Shown piece after piece: positions 1 through 10,128 of a stretch of 64,000 bases of DNA; within the stretch, counting starts at the first letter, position 1, and the number at the start of each line of letters is the position of its first letter. Both the position numbers and the translations under genes were made by a program. The DNA is from Candidatus Babeliales bacterium. Lineage in GTDB: Bacteria; Babelota; Babeliae; Babelales; JANWKD01. Under the pieces are notes generated by a model, which was not told the DNA's origin, did no database searches, and saw only the letters and a list, made by a program, of their open reading frames with translations. The stretch lies in assembly GCA_963722255.1 (NCBI GenBank), contig CAVRJO010000001.1:448001-512000 (forward strand), given 5' to 3'.

Positions 1-32
1 TATGAAGGATCGAAATTCACTGGTGTTAAGAC

Positions 33-380
33 TTAATTATAAAGATTCTTCGTACGTATTACGTTATTTATTGCCTCTCTGCATTCTTCACATTTAACAT
101 AGCACATCTTTATTTTTGCTAGTTCTTGCATTGATACAGTATGAGGACCTCCCTGAAGCTCAATCAAGCTATTAATATAATCAGGACTTCCTCTTACAAG
201 CTTTTTACACCCCTTTTGACAACCATGCATGGCAATAATATTTGAAAAAATCCTTGTACAATGAGGATAATCAAGCAATGGAGAAGTTTTTACATCCAGT
301 TCATACATCATTGCATAACCAACAGAAGCATACATAAACAAAATACAATAAATTCCTTTAATAATAATTCTTATTTCCAT
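33..380 (-). CDS. hypothetical Cys-containing secreted protein
   Basis: ORF track 33..428; likely start MEIRII at 380; hydrophobic N-terminus ending VGYA-M. Confidence 0.55.
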   Translation of the reverse strand: MEIRIIIKGIYCILFMYASVGYAMMYELDVKTSPLLDYPHCTRIFSNIIAMHGCQKGCKKLVRGSPDYINSLIELQGGPHTVSMQELAKIKMCYVKCEECREAINNVIRTKNLYN

Positions 381-551
381 ATAAATCCTTTTTTGCATAC
401 AATGTGCCATTATGTATGACTGTACCAAAATGAATCATCTCAAACAATAGTAGAACTAAATACCTTTAAAAAAAATCAATTGAGATTATCAGAGTTTTTG
501 GCTATACTAATAACTCAAATCTGTTATAACACTCTTTAGTGTATCATTTTC

Positions 552-628
552 GTGCCCGTAGCTCAGTTGGATAGAGCAACGGATTTCTAATCCGTAGGTC
601 ATAGGTTCGAATCCTATCGGGCACACCA
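552..628 (+). tRNA. tRNA-Arg(UCU)
   Basis: Cloverleaf GTGCCCG...CGGGCAC-A-CCA; anticodon arm ACGGA-TTTCTAA-TCCGT; T-loop GGTTCGAATCC; encoded CCA. Confidence 0.97.
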
Positions 629-2083
629 ATTTCTAGTTTTTACAGATTCAAGTATCATACCAAACACCGGATGTAGCTCTAGATCGAGGTTTCCATCTTT
701 GAATGTACAGTTCGATAGTAAAGCCTCTAAGACTCTTCGTTTTTTCTCTGGATTTCCATTTTTAAACCACAGAGCGGCATTTTTGGCGAGTTCTAAAATA
801 AAATAGGCATTTTCAAGATAATGGCCATCGGCCCTTTGTGCAGAAACAAGCTTCAAACTGAACTCTTCTTTTTCTGCGATCCATTGCCTAGTATGTTTTT
901 GCCAAAACTCCTCACTAATTTTGCCATCAAGTTTATCAAGGTAGGCCTGATCAACTCTTTTTTGTAGAAGCTTAATCTGTTTTTCAAGCTCCCCTACCAA
1001 GTTATTATGATATTCGATCTTATCTTTGAAACTTTCACGCATAGCTTCCAAGACAATTTCTTGGACTTCATCAGTGATATTTATTTGGCCTAACAATGCT
1101 TCAAATTGCGCCTCTAAAGACTCTTGTCTAATATAACCCTGCTTGCAATTGCCCTTATAGCCAGTGCAATGATAGTAGATGTATTTGTTTTTCTTTAATT
1201 CAGCGGTCAATGAGCATCCACAAACTCCACAACTAATGAGATTAGTGTAAGGGAACATGCCTTTTTTTGATTTGCTTTTGCGTGGATTAATAAGAACGTT
1301 TTGGACTCGTTGAAATAGCTCTGGGCTAATTAATGGCTCATGTGAAGCGTTTTCATATTTTTTACCATTCCAATAGAATACGCCCGTATAAAATTCGTTT
1401 TTAAAAATAGTTTCTATCTTGCTGGTATAAAAATTTTTTCCATTTCTATACACCATACCATCAGCCAACATTTTCTTACGCAGAGCCAATAAGGAGTATG
1501 CTCCTGTTGCATACAATTCAAACATTTTTTTAACAAACGGAGCAGCATGAGGATCAACTCTTATCATGCTTTTTCCACTCTCACGTACGTTTAAATATCC
1601 ATATGGAGCGGATGATGGGTAAGTACCTTGAGAAGCTTTCTCGGTCATACCTTTTTTTACTTCTTCTGATAAGTTATCAACATAGTTTTTAGCCATTAAA
1701 GCTCTGATTCCAAAGACAAATTTTTCATTTGAGCGAGAATCCTTACTTAGTATCACATTTTCTTTTACAAGATGAATTGTTATACCTGAATAGATAATAA
1801 GTTCTTCAAGAAGAGCATAATCAGATATGTTTCTCAGTAAGCGATCTGTTTTTTCCACTAAAAGATGCTTAACGCTTTTATCTTCTTCAAGATATTTTAT
1901 CATCTTGTTAAATTGCGTTCGGCCTGCCTTTTTTGCCGTCTCGACATCAATAAACTCTTCAACGATTCTAAAGTTGTTTTTTGAAGCATACTCTTTTAAT
2001 AGCTTTAGCTGGGCAGGAATGGAAAAGCCTTCGTTTTCTTGGTCTTTTGATGATACTCGAGCATAGATGATAGCTTTATTCAT
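614..2083 (-). CDS. large serine recombinase/integrase (resolvase + recombinase + Zn-ribbon)
   Basis: YARVSS catalytic motif, EKTDRLLRN, PYGY, CGVCG...YYHC Zn ribbon, coiled coil; 3' end overlaps the tRNA. Confidence 0.95.
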   Translation of the reverse strand: MNKAIIYARVSSKDQENEGFSIPAQLKLLKEYASKNNFRIVEEFIDVETAKKAGRTQFNKMIKYLEEDKSVKHLLVEKTDRLLRNISDYALLEELIIYSGITIHLVKENVILSKDSRSNEKFVFGIRALMAKNYVDNLSEEVKKGMTEKASQGTYPSSAPYGYLNVRESGKSMIRVDPHAAPFVKKMFELYATGAYSLLALRKKMLADGMVYRNGKNFYTSKIETIFKNEFYTGVFYWNGKKYENASHEPLISPELFQRVQNVLINPRKSKSKKGMFPYTNLISCGVCGCSLTAELKKNKYIYYHCTGYKGNCKQGYIRQESLEAQFEALLGQINITDEVQEIVLEAMRESFKDKIEYHNNLVGELEKQIKLLQKRVDQAYLDKLDGKISEEFWQKHTRQWIAEKEEFSLKLVSAQRADGHYLENAYFILELAKNAALWFKNGNPEKKRRVLEALLSNCTFKDGNLDLELHPVFGMILESVKTRNWCAR

Positions 2084-2092
2084 GTTTATAAT

Positions 2093-2452
2093 CTAATTAT
2101 TATAGTAGCTTTCAAGACCAATTTTTCTTTTGAACCATATCCACCAGGTTGTATTTTTATTATTACGTTTTTCTTCTGGTTTATATGTATAGGTATCGTT
2201 TTGACCATCACAATAACCGATGGGCTTAAAATAAATTATTTTTTCAGAAGTCCCCGTGAAATGCTTATAACCATCATAGCTATCTGTTACCCAAGCTTCA
2301 CCTGTTTGTTGATCAATAACTACAGAACCAGTAGAACTAAAACTTGCAACCTGGTATTTATTATGACTTTGGTTCATAACAAGAAATAAAATAAAAATAA
2401 CTAGAACTGTAGCCCAATTGATACTATCGATATTATCCATTTTCATCCTCAT
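2093..2452 (-). CDS. hypothetical membrane-anchored protein
   Basis: ORF with N-terminal TM helix; co-oriented with and overlapping neighbours. Confidence 0.65.
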   Translation of the reverse strand: MRMKMDNIDSINWATVLVIFILFLVMNQSHNKYQVASFSSTGSVVIDQQTGEAWVTDSYDGYKHFTGTSEKIIYFKPIGYCDGQNDTYTYKPEEKRNNKNTTWWIWFKRKIGLESYYNN

Positions 2453-2685
2453 TTGCTTCTTGCATATGGATTAACAAACTTATATCCATTGCTTGGCTTA
2501 AAATGGCCTCGTGTAGTTTTTGTTTTAATGCGACCATTTACGCTACTTTTTTGACCAAATCCAACATAAGGGGCTTTTGTAGTATAGCCCTTATTGACTT
2601 TGAATGATGACCTTCTAGCAGCATGTATTTCAATAATGCAGATGCATGTAATAACAAAAAAAATCGGGTTAACAAACCTCTTCAT
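2449..2685 (-). CDS. small basic secreted hypothetical protein
   Basis: Signal-like N-terminus (MKRFV...); repeated KGY/RGH..K...YV.PY motif. Confidence 0.6.
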   Translation of the reverse strand: MKRFVNPIFFVITCICIIEIHAARRSSFKVNKGYTTKAPYVGFGQKSSVNGRIKTKTTRGHFKPSNGYKFVNPYARSK

Positions 2686-2730
2686 TTTAATCCTATCAAT
2701 TAGATTGTTGAACAAATTTCATGCCCATTG

Positions 2731-2928
2731 CTACTCAACATCTTCTTGTGAACTTTTCCTAAATTCTTTCTCATAAAGTAACCGAATCCCCTCACAAAAC
2801 AAGGTAGATTTATCGGTTTTATTGCGATTTCTAAGCCGCTTAATGAATACCTCATTTAACAAAGTTTCATCTTCCTCTGACATATAAACAGTAGTTTTCA
2901 TTTTTTTAAGTAATTCTGATTCTTGCAT
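2731..2928 (-). CDS. ribbon-helix-helix (CopG-like) DNA-binding protein
   Basis: KTTVYMSEED beta-strand/helix followed by DKSTLFCEGIRLL; 65 aa; heads the recombinase operon. Confidence 0.6.
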   Translation of the reverse strand: MQESELLKKMKTTVYMSEEDETLLNEVFIKRLRNRNKTDKSTLFCEGIRLLYEKEFRKSSQEDVE

Positions 2929-3143
2929 GTTATTTTCCTGATAAAAGTAAATTTTACTAGGTTAAATATACTTAAAATCCAACGATGCGTCAAGCCACTG
3001 CGCCACCATAAATCCATAACCATTTGACGGCATTTTTCTAAATGATACGATTAATATAAAACACTATTGATTTATAACAATCTAATACATAATTAATATT
3101 TACAATTTGTCGTTATTATTTGCAGCCTTATATGAAGGATATT

Positions 3144-3932
3144 ATGAAAAAACTATTAATTATTGGAATAATTTTTGTGGCAATCTCGAGTACATCATTT
3201 ATTTTGCTAAAATATGTCGCTCAAATAGATACACAATCCTCAAAATATAATATCGATAATAATGAGTTCATCTTTACAAAAGAAGAAGAAAAAGCTCTTT
3301 CACAAAAAAAATATGATTCAATGGATGATTTAATAGTAGATGCGCATTATGGCAATCCTGGAGCTCTATGGATGTTGGGTATGAGCATGCTTACAGGTAG
3401 TGCTGGTTTTCATTTAGATACAGAATCAGCAAATAGTTATTTTGCTCAATCAGCCTCTCTTGGTTTTGCTCCATCTATCAATCAGGTCCACTTCATGTAT
3501 TTAATCGATCTTGAAAATCCTTTTCTCGCCCTTATTTATCTTAACCTTACAGTATCTAGCGGTCATATTGAACTTGCAGGCTATTATAGTAAACTTCGAG
3601 CTGAATTCATAAAAATATATGGGCTAAATACTATGAATGAAATCGAAAAAATAGCGATACACAAAAAAACATTAATTTCTAAATTCTGCAAAAAAATTCA
3701 AGATGATCCATCAAAGTTTATATATCTTACGATGTCTGAATCTGACGGTCTTATAGGAGAAGATGTTCTTTTTGATATGAATTATTGGGAAGGCATAAGA
3801 AATGGCAGCATTGTTACGGGAAATTTAGAAGATTGGCTTAGAATGCCTGATAACTATTGCCTCAAAATTGAAAGGCTCGCTCAAAAAGCAAATCGCAATA
3901 TTGGAAGATTTGCATCATATGTTGATAATTAA
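3144..3932 (+). CDS. Sel1-like repeat protein, membrane-anchored/secreted
   Basis: AHYGNPGALWMLG...G...A..YF..SA.LG..P Sel1 pattern; N-terminal hydrophobic segment; AAGGA RBS. Confidence 0.75.
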   Translation: MKKLLIIGIIFVAISSTSFILLKYVAQIDTQSSKYNIDNNEFIFTKEEEKALSQKKYDSMDDLIVDAHYGNPGALWMLGMSMLTGSAGFHLDTESANSYFAQSASLGFAPSINQVHFMYLIDLENPFLALIYLNLTVSSGHIELAGYYSKLRAEFIKIYGLNTMNEIEKIAIHKKTLISKFCKKIQDDPSKFIYLTMSESDGLIGEDVLFDMNYWEGIRNGSIVTGNLEDWLRMPDNYCLKIERLAQKANRNIGRFASYVDN

Positions 3933-3933
3933 T

Positions 3934-4257
3934 ATGAAAAATATTACTAAATCATGTTTATTTATAGTACTTATCTCTGTGTTAACAATGTTCATTAAGC
4001 GTTCTAATGAAAATTGCTATGACGATAATTTCATTCCTTATGGAATAAAGGCTTTTGATGTTTTTGTTTACAATACTAAGACAGACAAAGAATATTTCGC
4101 TGGTAGTATTGGAACAGATTACACTAACTCTCAAATGAGCCTAAGTAATGCCCAAAGTTTAGCATACGATTTTGCAGAAGCTCATCACCTGAAGAATTGG
4201 GACTATCTTTGTTGCACAGTAACTAATTCATCAAATTGTGTTACAAAAGTTAAGTAG
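3934..4257 (+). CDS. hypothetical exported protein
   Basis: ORF 3868..4257, likely start MKNITK; TM/signal segment; C-terminal WDYLCC...CVTKVK. Confidence 0.6.
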   Translation: MKNITKSCLFIVLISVLTMFIKRSNENCYDDNFIPYGIKAFDVFVYNTKTDKEYFAGSIGTDYTNSQMSLSNAQSLAYDFAEAHHLKNWDYLCCTVTNSSNCVTKVK

Positions 4258-4466
4258 GTATAGATTAACCATAAATGGAGGCGATAAATTTATGAATAGC
4301 AATAAAGCTTTCTCTTTTCGGAGTTATTATGAATAAAGTTATAAAAACATTTCTTTATATAGTATTCTGGCCATATTTGATTTATAAAATAATTGATAAA
4401 TTTGATTTATAATTATTTATCTGTTTTTGCGTTTGCTTAGATATTTCGATAAAAGGAAAAATAGCA

Positions 4467-5096
4467 ATGACCCACTGGGGCTGGTACTGGAAAATTAAAC
4501 GTAAGCATGAACCAAAAGCATTATGTAATTCGTGGCACTTTAATGAAATTGATTCATTTCGAATGTTTAAGAACAAAAGATTAATTCAACTGATTAAAGA
4601 AAGCAGCGACCGTACTAGTTTTGAAATTCCATCATATAACCTCAAAGCAACACTACTAGATAATGATAGTTTGAATGTAACGTATAATAATGGTTCTTAT
4701 GTTATTCCCACAGAAAAAAAGCCTTGCAATTATGGTGGGTATTATTACTTTTTTCATTGCCCCAAATGCGAAAAAAGAATGCGGAAATTATATTGTATGC
4801 AAGGAGAGTATCTTTGTCGGAAATGCTTAAATCTTGGTTACCTTACACAGCGTCTTAGTGCTTCAAATCGATCGCTATTAATGGCAGGCAAAATCAAAAT
4901 GATACTAGAAAACAAAAGTGGTTCTCTTGATAGAAAACCACCTTGGATGAAGAGAAAAACATTCAAAAATCTAAAAGATAAGCACTTTGAATATTATGAA
5001 ATTAAATTTGTAAGAGCACTGCGTGATGAGCTTATCATGTATTATCCAAAACAAAGTGCATTGATTGGATTATACTCCATTCCCCCCTTCAATTAG
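4467..5096 (+). CDS. Zn-finger hypothetical protein typical of genomic islands
   Basis: F.CPKC..R..KLY....LCRKC.NLGY.TQ and KPPWM..KTF motifs. Confidence 0.75.
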   Translation: MTHWGWYWKIKRKHEPKALCNSWHFNEIDSFRMFKNKRLIQLIKESSDRTSFEIPSYNLKATLLDNDSLNVTYNNGSYVIPTEKKPCNYGGYYYFFHCPKCEKRMRKLYCMQGEYLCRKCLNLGYLTQRLSASNRSLLMAGKIKMILENKSGSLDRKPPWMKRKTFKNLKDKHFEYYEIKFVRALRDELIMYYPKQSALIGLYSIPPFN

Positions 5097-6296
5097 TCTC
5101 TTCATTAATCTTAAACCATTTTGCAATTCACCTGTTTTAGCGCGGAGTGAATTTGGCCCTAAGCTGATTTCATTTACAAGATCTTCATAAACAAACCTAC
5201 TTACTGTCCGTTCGCTGATGTAATGTTGTATAAAATTAATTAACGCCTGTTCTTCTTCGCTCCATTCAGGCTTTATTAAGTGTAAATTATTTTGTATTTG
5301 TGTTGGTAACTTTTCTATAATCCAAGCTCTAAGATCTAGTCCTTGTTCTATTGCTTCCCCAATATCTTTACCGATGATAGTAGGATATCTTTGTGCGTGA
5401 GAATAAAGCTGCTTCCATTTATCAAACATGCTATTTCCGGCATCGTCATTATCATGACAAATAAGCAAAACAGTTTTATTACGAGCCAAATGATCAGTTA
5501 CAGGATCAGGTTTTTTGGTACAGCCACCGACAGCTACAATAACGGCAAAATCACCTACAGAATGATGTAATGCATATGCATCGAGTTCAGACTCAACAAC
5601 AACCATTACGGGATGTTTTTTATTGCCAATTATATTAAGGCCATTCATGCTTTCCGATATAGCAACATACTTGGGCAATTCGTCATTTATTTTCCAATCC
5701 CTACGTCGAATTTTTAACCGAATAACCTGATCTTCCTGTTCAATGGTTGGTATAACTATTCCAGCAGGTAACCAGATGTCTTTTTTTAGGCCCCAATCAG
5801 ATCCATACAAGCTTTTGTTTTCAGTAAGCCCCCCTATTTTATATTTTTTGATTGCCTCAATAGGCAAGCCACGCTTATTTAGCACCTGCAAAATATCTTC
5901 TTGCGATAGCATGATCTCATGTGCTTCTTGTACAATCCCCCATGCCTGTTGCATCCAACCATTTGAAGGTTTATTAAGCGTCATAATTGGACTTTCATTT
6001 TTTTTAGTTATAAAAATAGCCGATTTTTGGTCAAGAAGTTTGGCGCCGACATATTCAGCAGCTTCTTTAAAGGAATAACCAAGAAATTCAATACAAAATT
6101 GTATAGAATCACCTCGAGCATCACACTGACGACAAAAATAATAACCGATACAATTCTTTTGTTGCTTGTTCGGTTGAATAACAAAGCGATCTTTACCTCC
6201 GCATTCGGGACAGGAAGAATGGTATTCTCCGCCTTGTGTTGTTGCCACCCATTTAGCCACAATACCTATTCTTTTAACAAGCTCGATTAAAACCAT
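5070..6296 (-). CDS. primase with N-terminal Zn-binding domain (P4 alpha-like) and Toprim domain
   Basis: CPECGGKDRF...FCRQC..GD Zn-binding domain; VVESELDA and CHDNDDAG Toprim motifs. Confidence 0.85.
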   Translation of the reverse strand: MVLIELVKRIGIVAKWVATTQGGEYHSSCPECGGKDRFVIQPNKQQKNCIGYYFCRQCDARGDSIQFCIEFLGYSFKEAAEYVGAKLLDQKSAIFITKKNESPIMTLNKPSNGWMQQAWGIVQEAHEIMLSQEDILQVLNKRGLPIEAIKKYKIGGLTENKSLYGSDWGLKKDIWLPAGIVIPTIEQEDQVIRLKIRRRDWKINDELPKYVAISESMNGLNIIGNKKHPVMVVVESELDAYALHHSVGDFAVIVAVGGCTKKPDPVTDHLARNKTVLLICHDNDDAGNSMFDKWKQLYSHAQRYPTIIGKDIGEAIEQGLDLRAWIIEKLPTQIQNNLHLIKPEWSEEEQALINFIQHYISERTVSRFVYEDLVNEISLGPNSLRAKTGELQNGLRLMKRLIEGGNGV

Positions 6297-6564
6297 AAAC
6301 TACCTACATGTTATTAATTACCCGAATCTGCCCAGATGATGTCCAAGCACAAGACACACCAAAAAGCTGATCCAATCAAACATGTCCATATGGTCCATAC
6401 TTACCATCATCATTCTTATTGTTAAATTTCTTTTTGTTTTTACAGGTATTTCTTTTATGTTTTTTGCACAGATAAAATAATGCATGGTCAGTATGGCCGT
6501 CATGGACATAGCCTTTTCAATAGGGGATTTTTACATTTTTAAATCATGGACACAATTGGCCACA

Positions 6565-8175
6565 CTACAGTTCATCATTAGAGTTATAGGTGTCATTCCA
6601 AATCCTTTCTGTTTCTTTGAACGCCTTACAAAATTCCTTGCGAGTTTGCTCTAGGGATGGAAATATATATTCTCTCACACGCCTGCATTGTATGCTTCTG
6701 CGAGTTTCAGATGTCGATGGGATAAGCTTTTTAAGGGTCATACCAAATTGATTATTTGATTCTGCTTTATGGCCATTGATTCGACACCACGCAACATAAT
6801 CATCGTAAACATCTTTTTTTGGAATTTGTGATTGCCAGACGCCACTTCCAATATTATTATTTTGTCTATTATCATCATCAATCATTCCAATATAGAAACT
6901 ACCATCAAGTAGAGCTTCATAAATATACATCTCAGCAGAAGTTGAACTGCGAAGTTTTATATCAAATGCAGCATCACTAGCAGGTATTTTGCGTGGGTCA
7001 AAATCCGTTAAATCTTCATTAAGTAAATCATAAAGGAGAGCCTCATAACCGCCATCTGTAAGCTGGGTATCTAAAGCCTTAAAATACTCATGATCTTCTT
7101 TACGCTCTTCTGATACACGTAAGACAAAAAAACGTCTATCATCTCGATCAAGGTGAACAGGCCAGTCTTCATTACTGCTCATAATCACATGCTTATAGTT
7201 TCTTACCAAAATTCTGTCTTTACCTTTTGCTTCTATAAGACATGTCTCCTCAGTTATCATCGCTTTAAGAATACCTATCTCTTTTCTATGACCACCCCAA
7301 AATGATTCATTAGCATGAATAAGAACTGCATTTTTTAGATGAAAATTAAAATGCGAAACAAGCTCATATACGTTGCCTAAAGGCGCATAGTGTAGCCCTA
7401 ATAAAACCCCCAATGGATTAACAAAACTGTTTTTACCAACCCCTTGTGTTCCACAAAGCACTAATGCTGTATGCACCCTATCAGGATGCTGAAATATGTA
7501 AGCAAGCCATTTGCGCAAATACAAATAATTACTCGGGTTTTTGGCACATATATTATCGCTAACATGATCCCAATAAAGTGAAGCTGATCCCTGTTTTGGT
7601 TCTTTTGCAAAACCTTTCCATATATTATAAAGACCTTTTGCCTCAATAATTTTTGGATCAGTTGCCGGATCGAAAGTAATGTTTATGTATTCTCGCCTAG
7701 ACGAACTTTTAAGCCAAATCTCTGCTTTAGTCTTCATCTTACCATCGGGACAGCTTACTTGTTTGTTTTCATACTGACTTTTAAAAGATGCCTTACTTTC
7801 AAGAACGAAGTTTTTTCCACCAAAATTAAAATCTTCTTTTTCTGTAAGGATATAAAACTGATCGGTGTGCATTACTGCATGTTTTTGATTAAGTTCATTA
7901 ACAACGTCATCTTCAATCCAAAGAATAGATCGTTCTTCTTCAAGACTACGAAAAGCATTCTGCAACATGATAATGTTCGATGCTTCTGCTTGCCCAATAT
8001 CATCTTCGATTTCTATTGCTAAAAAATCTTTAATTGATTGAGCACCATATCCTATTGCAGCTTTTTCTTCACATAGCTTCTTTTCTTTTTCAAACCATGC
8101 ATCTTTGAGAGCGTCAACATCAATTTTTGGTAAACGCGCTTTTGTATCGTGTCTTTTTGTGGTATCATCGTACAT
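6565..8175 (-). CDS. primase-associated SF3/D5-like helicase (DUF5906-type)
   Basis: Walker A GTQGVGKN, IHANE, IEAKGKD, SSN...DDRRFFV motifs; C-terminal winged-helix-like region. Confidence 0.85.
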   Translation of the reverse strand: MYDDTTKRHDTKARLPKIDVDALKDAWFEKEKKLCEEKAAIGYGAQSIKDFLAIEIEDDIGQAEASNIIMLQNAFRSLEEERSILWIEDDVVNELNQKHAVMHTDQFYILTEKEDFNFGGKNFVLESKASFKSQYENKQVSCPDGKMKTKAEIWLKSSSRREYINITFDPATDPKIIEAKGLYNIWKGFAKEPKQGSASLYWDHVSDNICAKNPSNYLYLRKWLAYIFQHPDRVHTALVLCGTQGVGKNSFVNPLGVLLGLHYAPLGNVYELVSHFNFHLKNAVLIHANESFWGGHRKEIGILKAMITEETCLIEAKGKDRILVRNYKHVIMSSNEDWPVHLDRDDRRFFVLRVSEERKEDHEYFKALDTQLTDGGYEALLYDLLNEDLTDFDPRKIPASDAAFDIKLRSSTSAEMYIYEALLDGSFYIGMIDDDNRQNNNIGSGVWQSQIPKKDVYDDYVAWCRINGHKAESNNQFGMTLKKLIPSTSETRRSIQCRRVREYIFPSLEQTRKEFCKAFKETERIWNDTYNSNDEL

Positions 8176-8195
8176 ATAAAGTCCTCTACTTATTT

Positions 8196-8229
8196 AAAAA
8201 GTCACAGGTTGGAACTATGTGACTTTTTT
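8196..8229. terminator. intrinsic terminator between spoVG-like gene and helicase
   Basis: AAAAAGTCACA-ggttggaacta-TGTGACTTTTTT stem-loop flanked by A/T runs. Confidence 0.7.
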
Positions 8230-8235
8230 TATTGG

Positions 8236-8505
8236 TTATTCAGTTTTTTGCATTACTTCTTCAAATTTTTTAGTTACCGCTTGTTCTATTTGAGTAGCTA
8301 TTTCTTTGTTTATTGGATAAAAAAAATTCAAATTATTTCGAGTATTTTTACGCATGGGATACGTTAGTCGATACCCACCCGATGGCCGTGTAAATATTCC
8401 TATCGAACCCAAATAAACGGCATCTTCAAGAACAAAGCTTGCAAAGCCAACAAGCCCGTTATGGGACTCAACGGGAACAATTTGAATTTCATTTATTTGT
8501 ATCAT
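8236..8505 (-). CDS. SpoVG-family nucleic-acid-binding protein
   Basis: I.EIQI.PV....GLVGFASFVL...I.I......G.RL.YP.RK.....FYPINKE....IE SpoVG pattern. Confidence 0.8.
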   Translation of the reverse strand: MIQINEIQIVPVESHNGLVGFASFVLEDAVYLGSIGIFTRPSGGYRLTYPMRKNTRNNLNFFYPINKEIATQIEQAVTKKFEEVMQKTE

Positions 8506-8653
8506 TAGTTTTCCCCTTTCTTATATCCTCTTTCGGACGAAGGTCCATAACCGCTGCAAAAAAACCTACAAGCTGCTTACGCTCATCAGATGATAAGGGC
8601 CCAGGTTCTCTTGATTGAATATGTATTGTCATGGTTATTTTTTTTTCTTTCAT
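8489..8653 (-). CDS. small hypothetical protein (54 aa, below the ORF-track cutoff)
   Basis: Hand translation MKEKKITMTIHIQSREPGPLSSDERKQLVGFFAAVMDLRPKEDIRKGKTNDTNK*; overlaps the spoVG start. Confidence 0.5.
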   Translation of the reverse strand: MKEKKITMTIHIQSREPGPLSSDERKQLVGFFAAVMDLRPKEDIRKGKTNDTNK

Positions 8654-8763
8654 AGAAACGAGTCTACGAAATGATTTGGGGTGCCGCTGGGGCGCCCCGT
8701 GAGGCTTATGTAATTAACAAAAACGGTGAATTAAAAAAGAAAAGTTCTTAATGAAGTAAATGA

Positions 8764-9978
8764 CTATTGTATTGAATACTTTGGATTAAGCCATATTTTT
8801 TTTATCGGGTTTTTAGCATCGGTGATTCTTGTTTTTTCAAATGCCAATGATAAGCCAATCTTTTTTAGTTGCTTATTTATAGACTTTCGCGTTTCATGCA
8901 GCTCATTCTCTTCTTGAATGCATAAATCTTCTGCAATAGGTAATCCAGCCACCTTCGACCATAAAATTTTATATGATATTGGTTCAGATGGGTTTTTAAT
9001 AAATGCTCGAACAAATCGTCCTGTACGATACTTTGTGTTAAAAGACATTTCGTCGATTCCGTATCGTACTATTACCGTTGTGCCTCGAGAAATAAATGAT
9101 AGGCATTGTTTTGTTGTTGATACAACAATCTTATTGTCATTGATCTCATTCTGTAAGAGCTTGCTGCTGCGAAAATTAAAGAAGATGTGATATCGATTGA
9201 CACCCTTGATTTAAGAAATTCCCATACACGATGCATATGAACCCTGACATTCTTCTATATCAAAAAATTTTTCATCAGATTGCGATTCTTCCATAGCTTT
9301 ATCAAAATTTTCAGCATCTAAGCTTAGATAATAAGCCGCTGAATGATGATTACTTTGCAAGAAGCCCTGTATTTTATTCGGCCTACTCTTAAGTTCGTAA
9401 AATAAATAGAACCGAATAAGATAAGCAAAGCTATTATAAAGACTTGATTTTCTATCGCGATCAAAATTTATTATTTCTTGATGCATTCTTGAAAAACTTG
9501 GCGAAAATATATACTCAATAATATTATTGCCTTTAGTAAGCCTAATTAAATTCTTTAGAATTTGGGTATGTTTTGTTGGGTGATCATGTTTGATTAAGTT
9601 ACACATTTGACGAATAATTTCGTACATATCATATATCTGTTCCGCACTGTTGGCTGGGCATCGATTTTTAATTTTGTGAATTTCTTCAATACCTATAGAT
9701 AATATAGGAATAACAGCTTGATATCCCTCGATTAAAGCTATAGCTATTTCAATCTCACTCAAAGCTTTAACTTTAATCTCGACAAGTGGGATTAATGCTT
9801 CTCTGCCCATATTTGCTACAACGTGACGATCATTCTCTAGTATTGGACTTGTGGCAAGCTCTTTGGCAAATTCACTAGCTGCGGGCATATAGTTTTTTGG
9901 GCTTAATGCTATAAGGCTACGATCATATGCACCTTGCATATGATCATGAAGTTTTTTTGATTCTATGTTGTTCATCAA
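8764..9978 (-). pseudogene. ~404-codon gene with C-terminal winged-HTH-like domain, split by one in-frame TAA
   Basis: ORFs 9211..9978 and 8764..9048 are in the same frame and the intervening 9049-9210 is stop-free; only the TAA at 9211-9213 interrupts. Confidence 0.65.
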
Positions 9979-10128
9979 TACACCTTCTTGAATAATTTAA
10001 TAAATATCAAATTATTTTATCACAACTTTTGATACCACTACCAACAATTTATATCACCGGTATTAGTTTCTTTATTGCAAAGATTATGCTTTCACTAATC
10101 GAGAAGTTGCGGAAGTACTCCGAAGGGC

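Noticed and set aside
6318..6509. 63-aa ORF between helicase and primase
   Set aside because: Its composition (MDHMDM) reflects the DNA motif repeats; more likely an origin region
9211..9213. Stop-codon reassignment
   Set aside because: TAA, TAG and TGA all terminate well-defined genes elsewhere in the window
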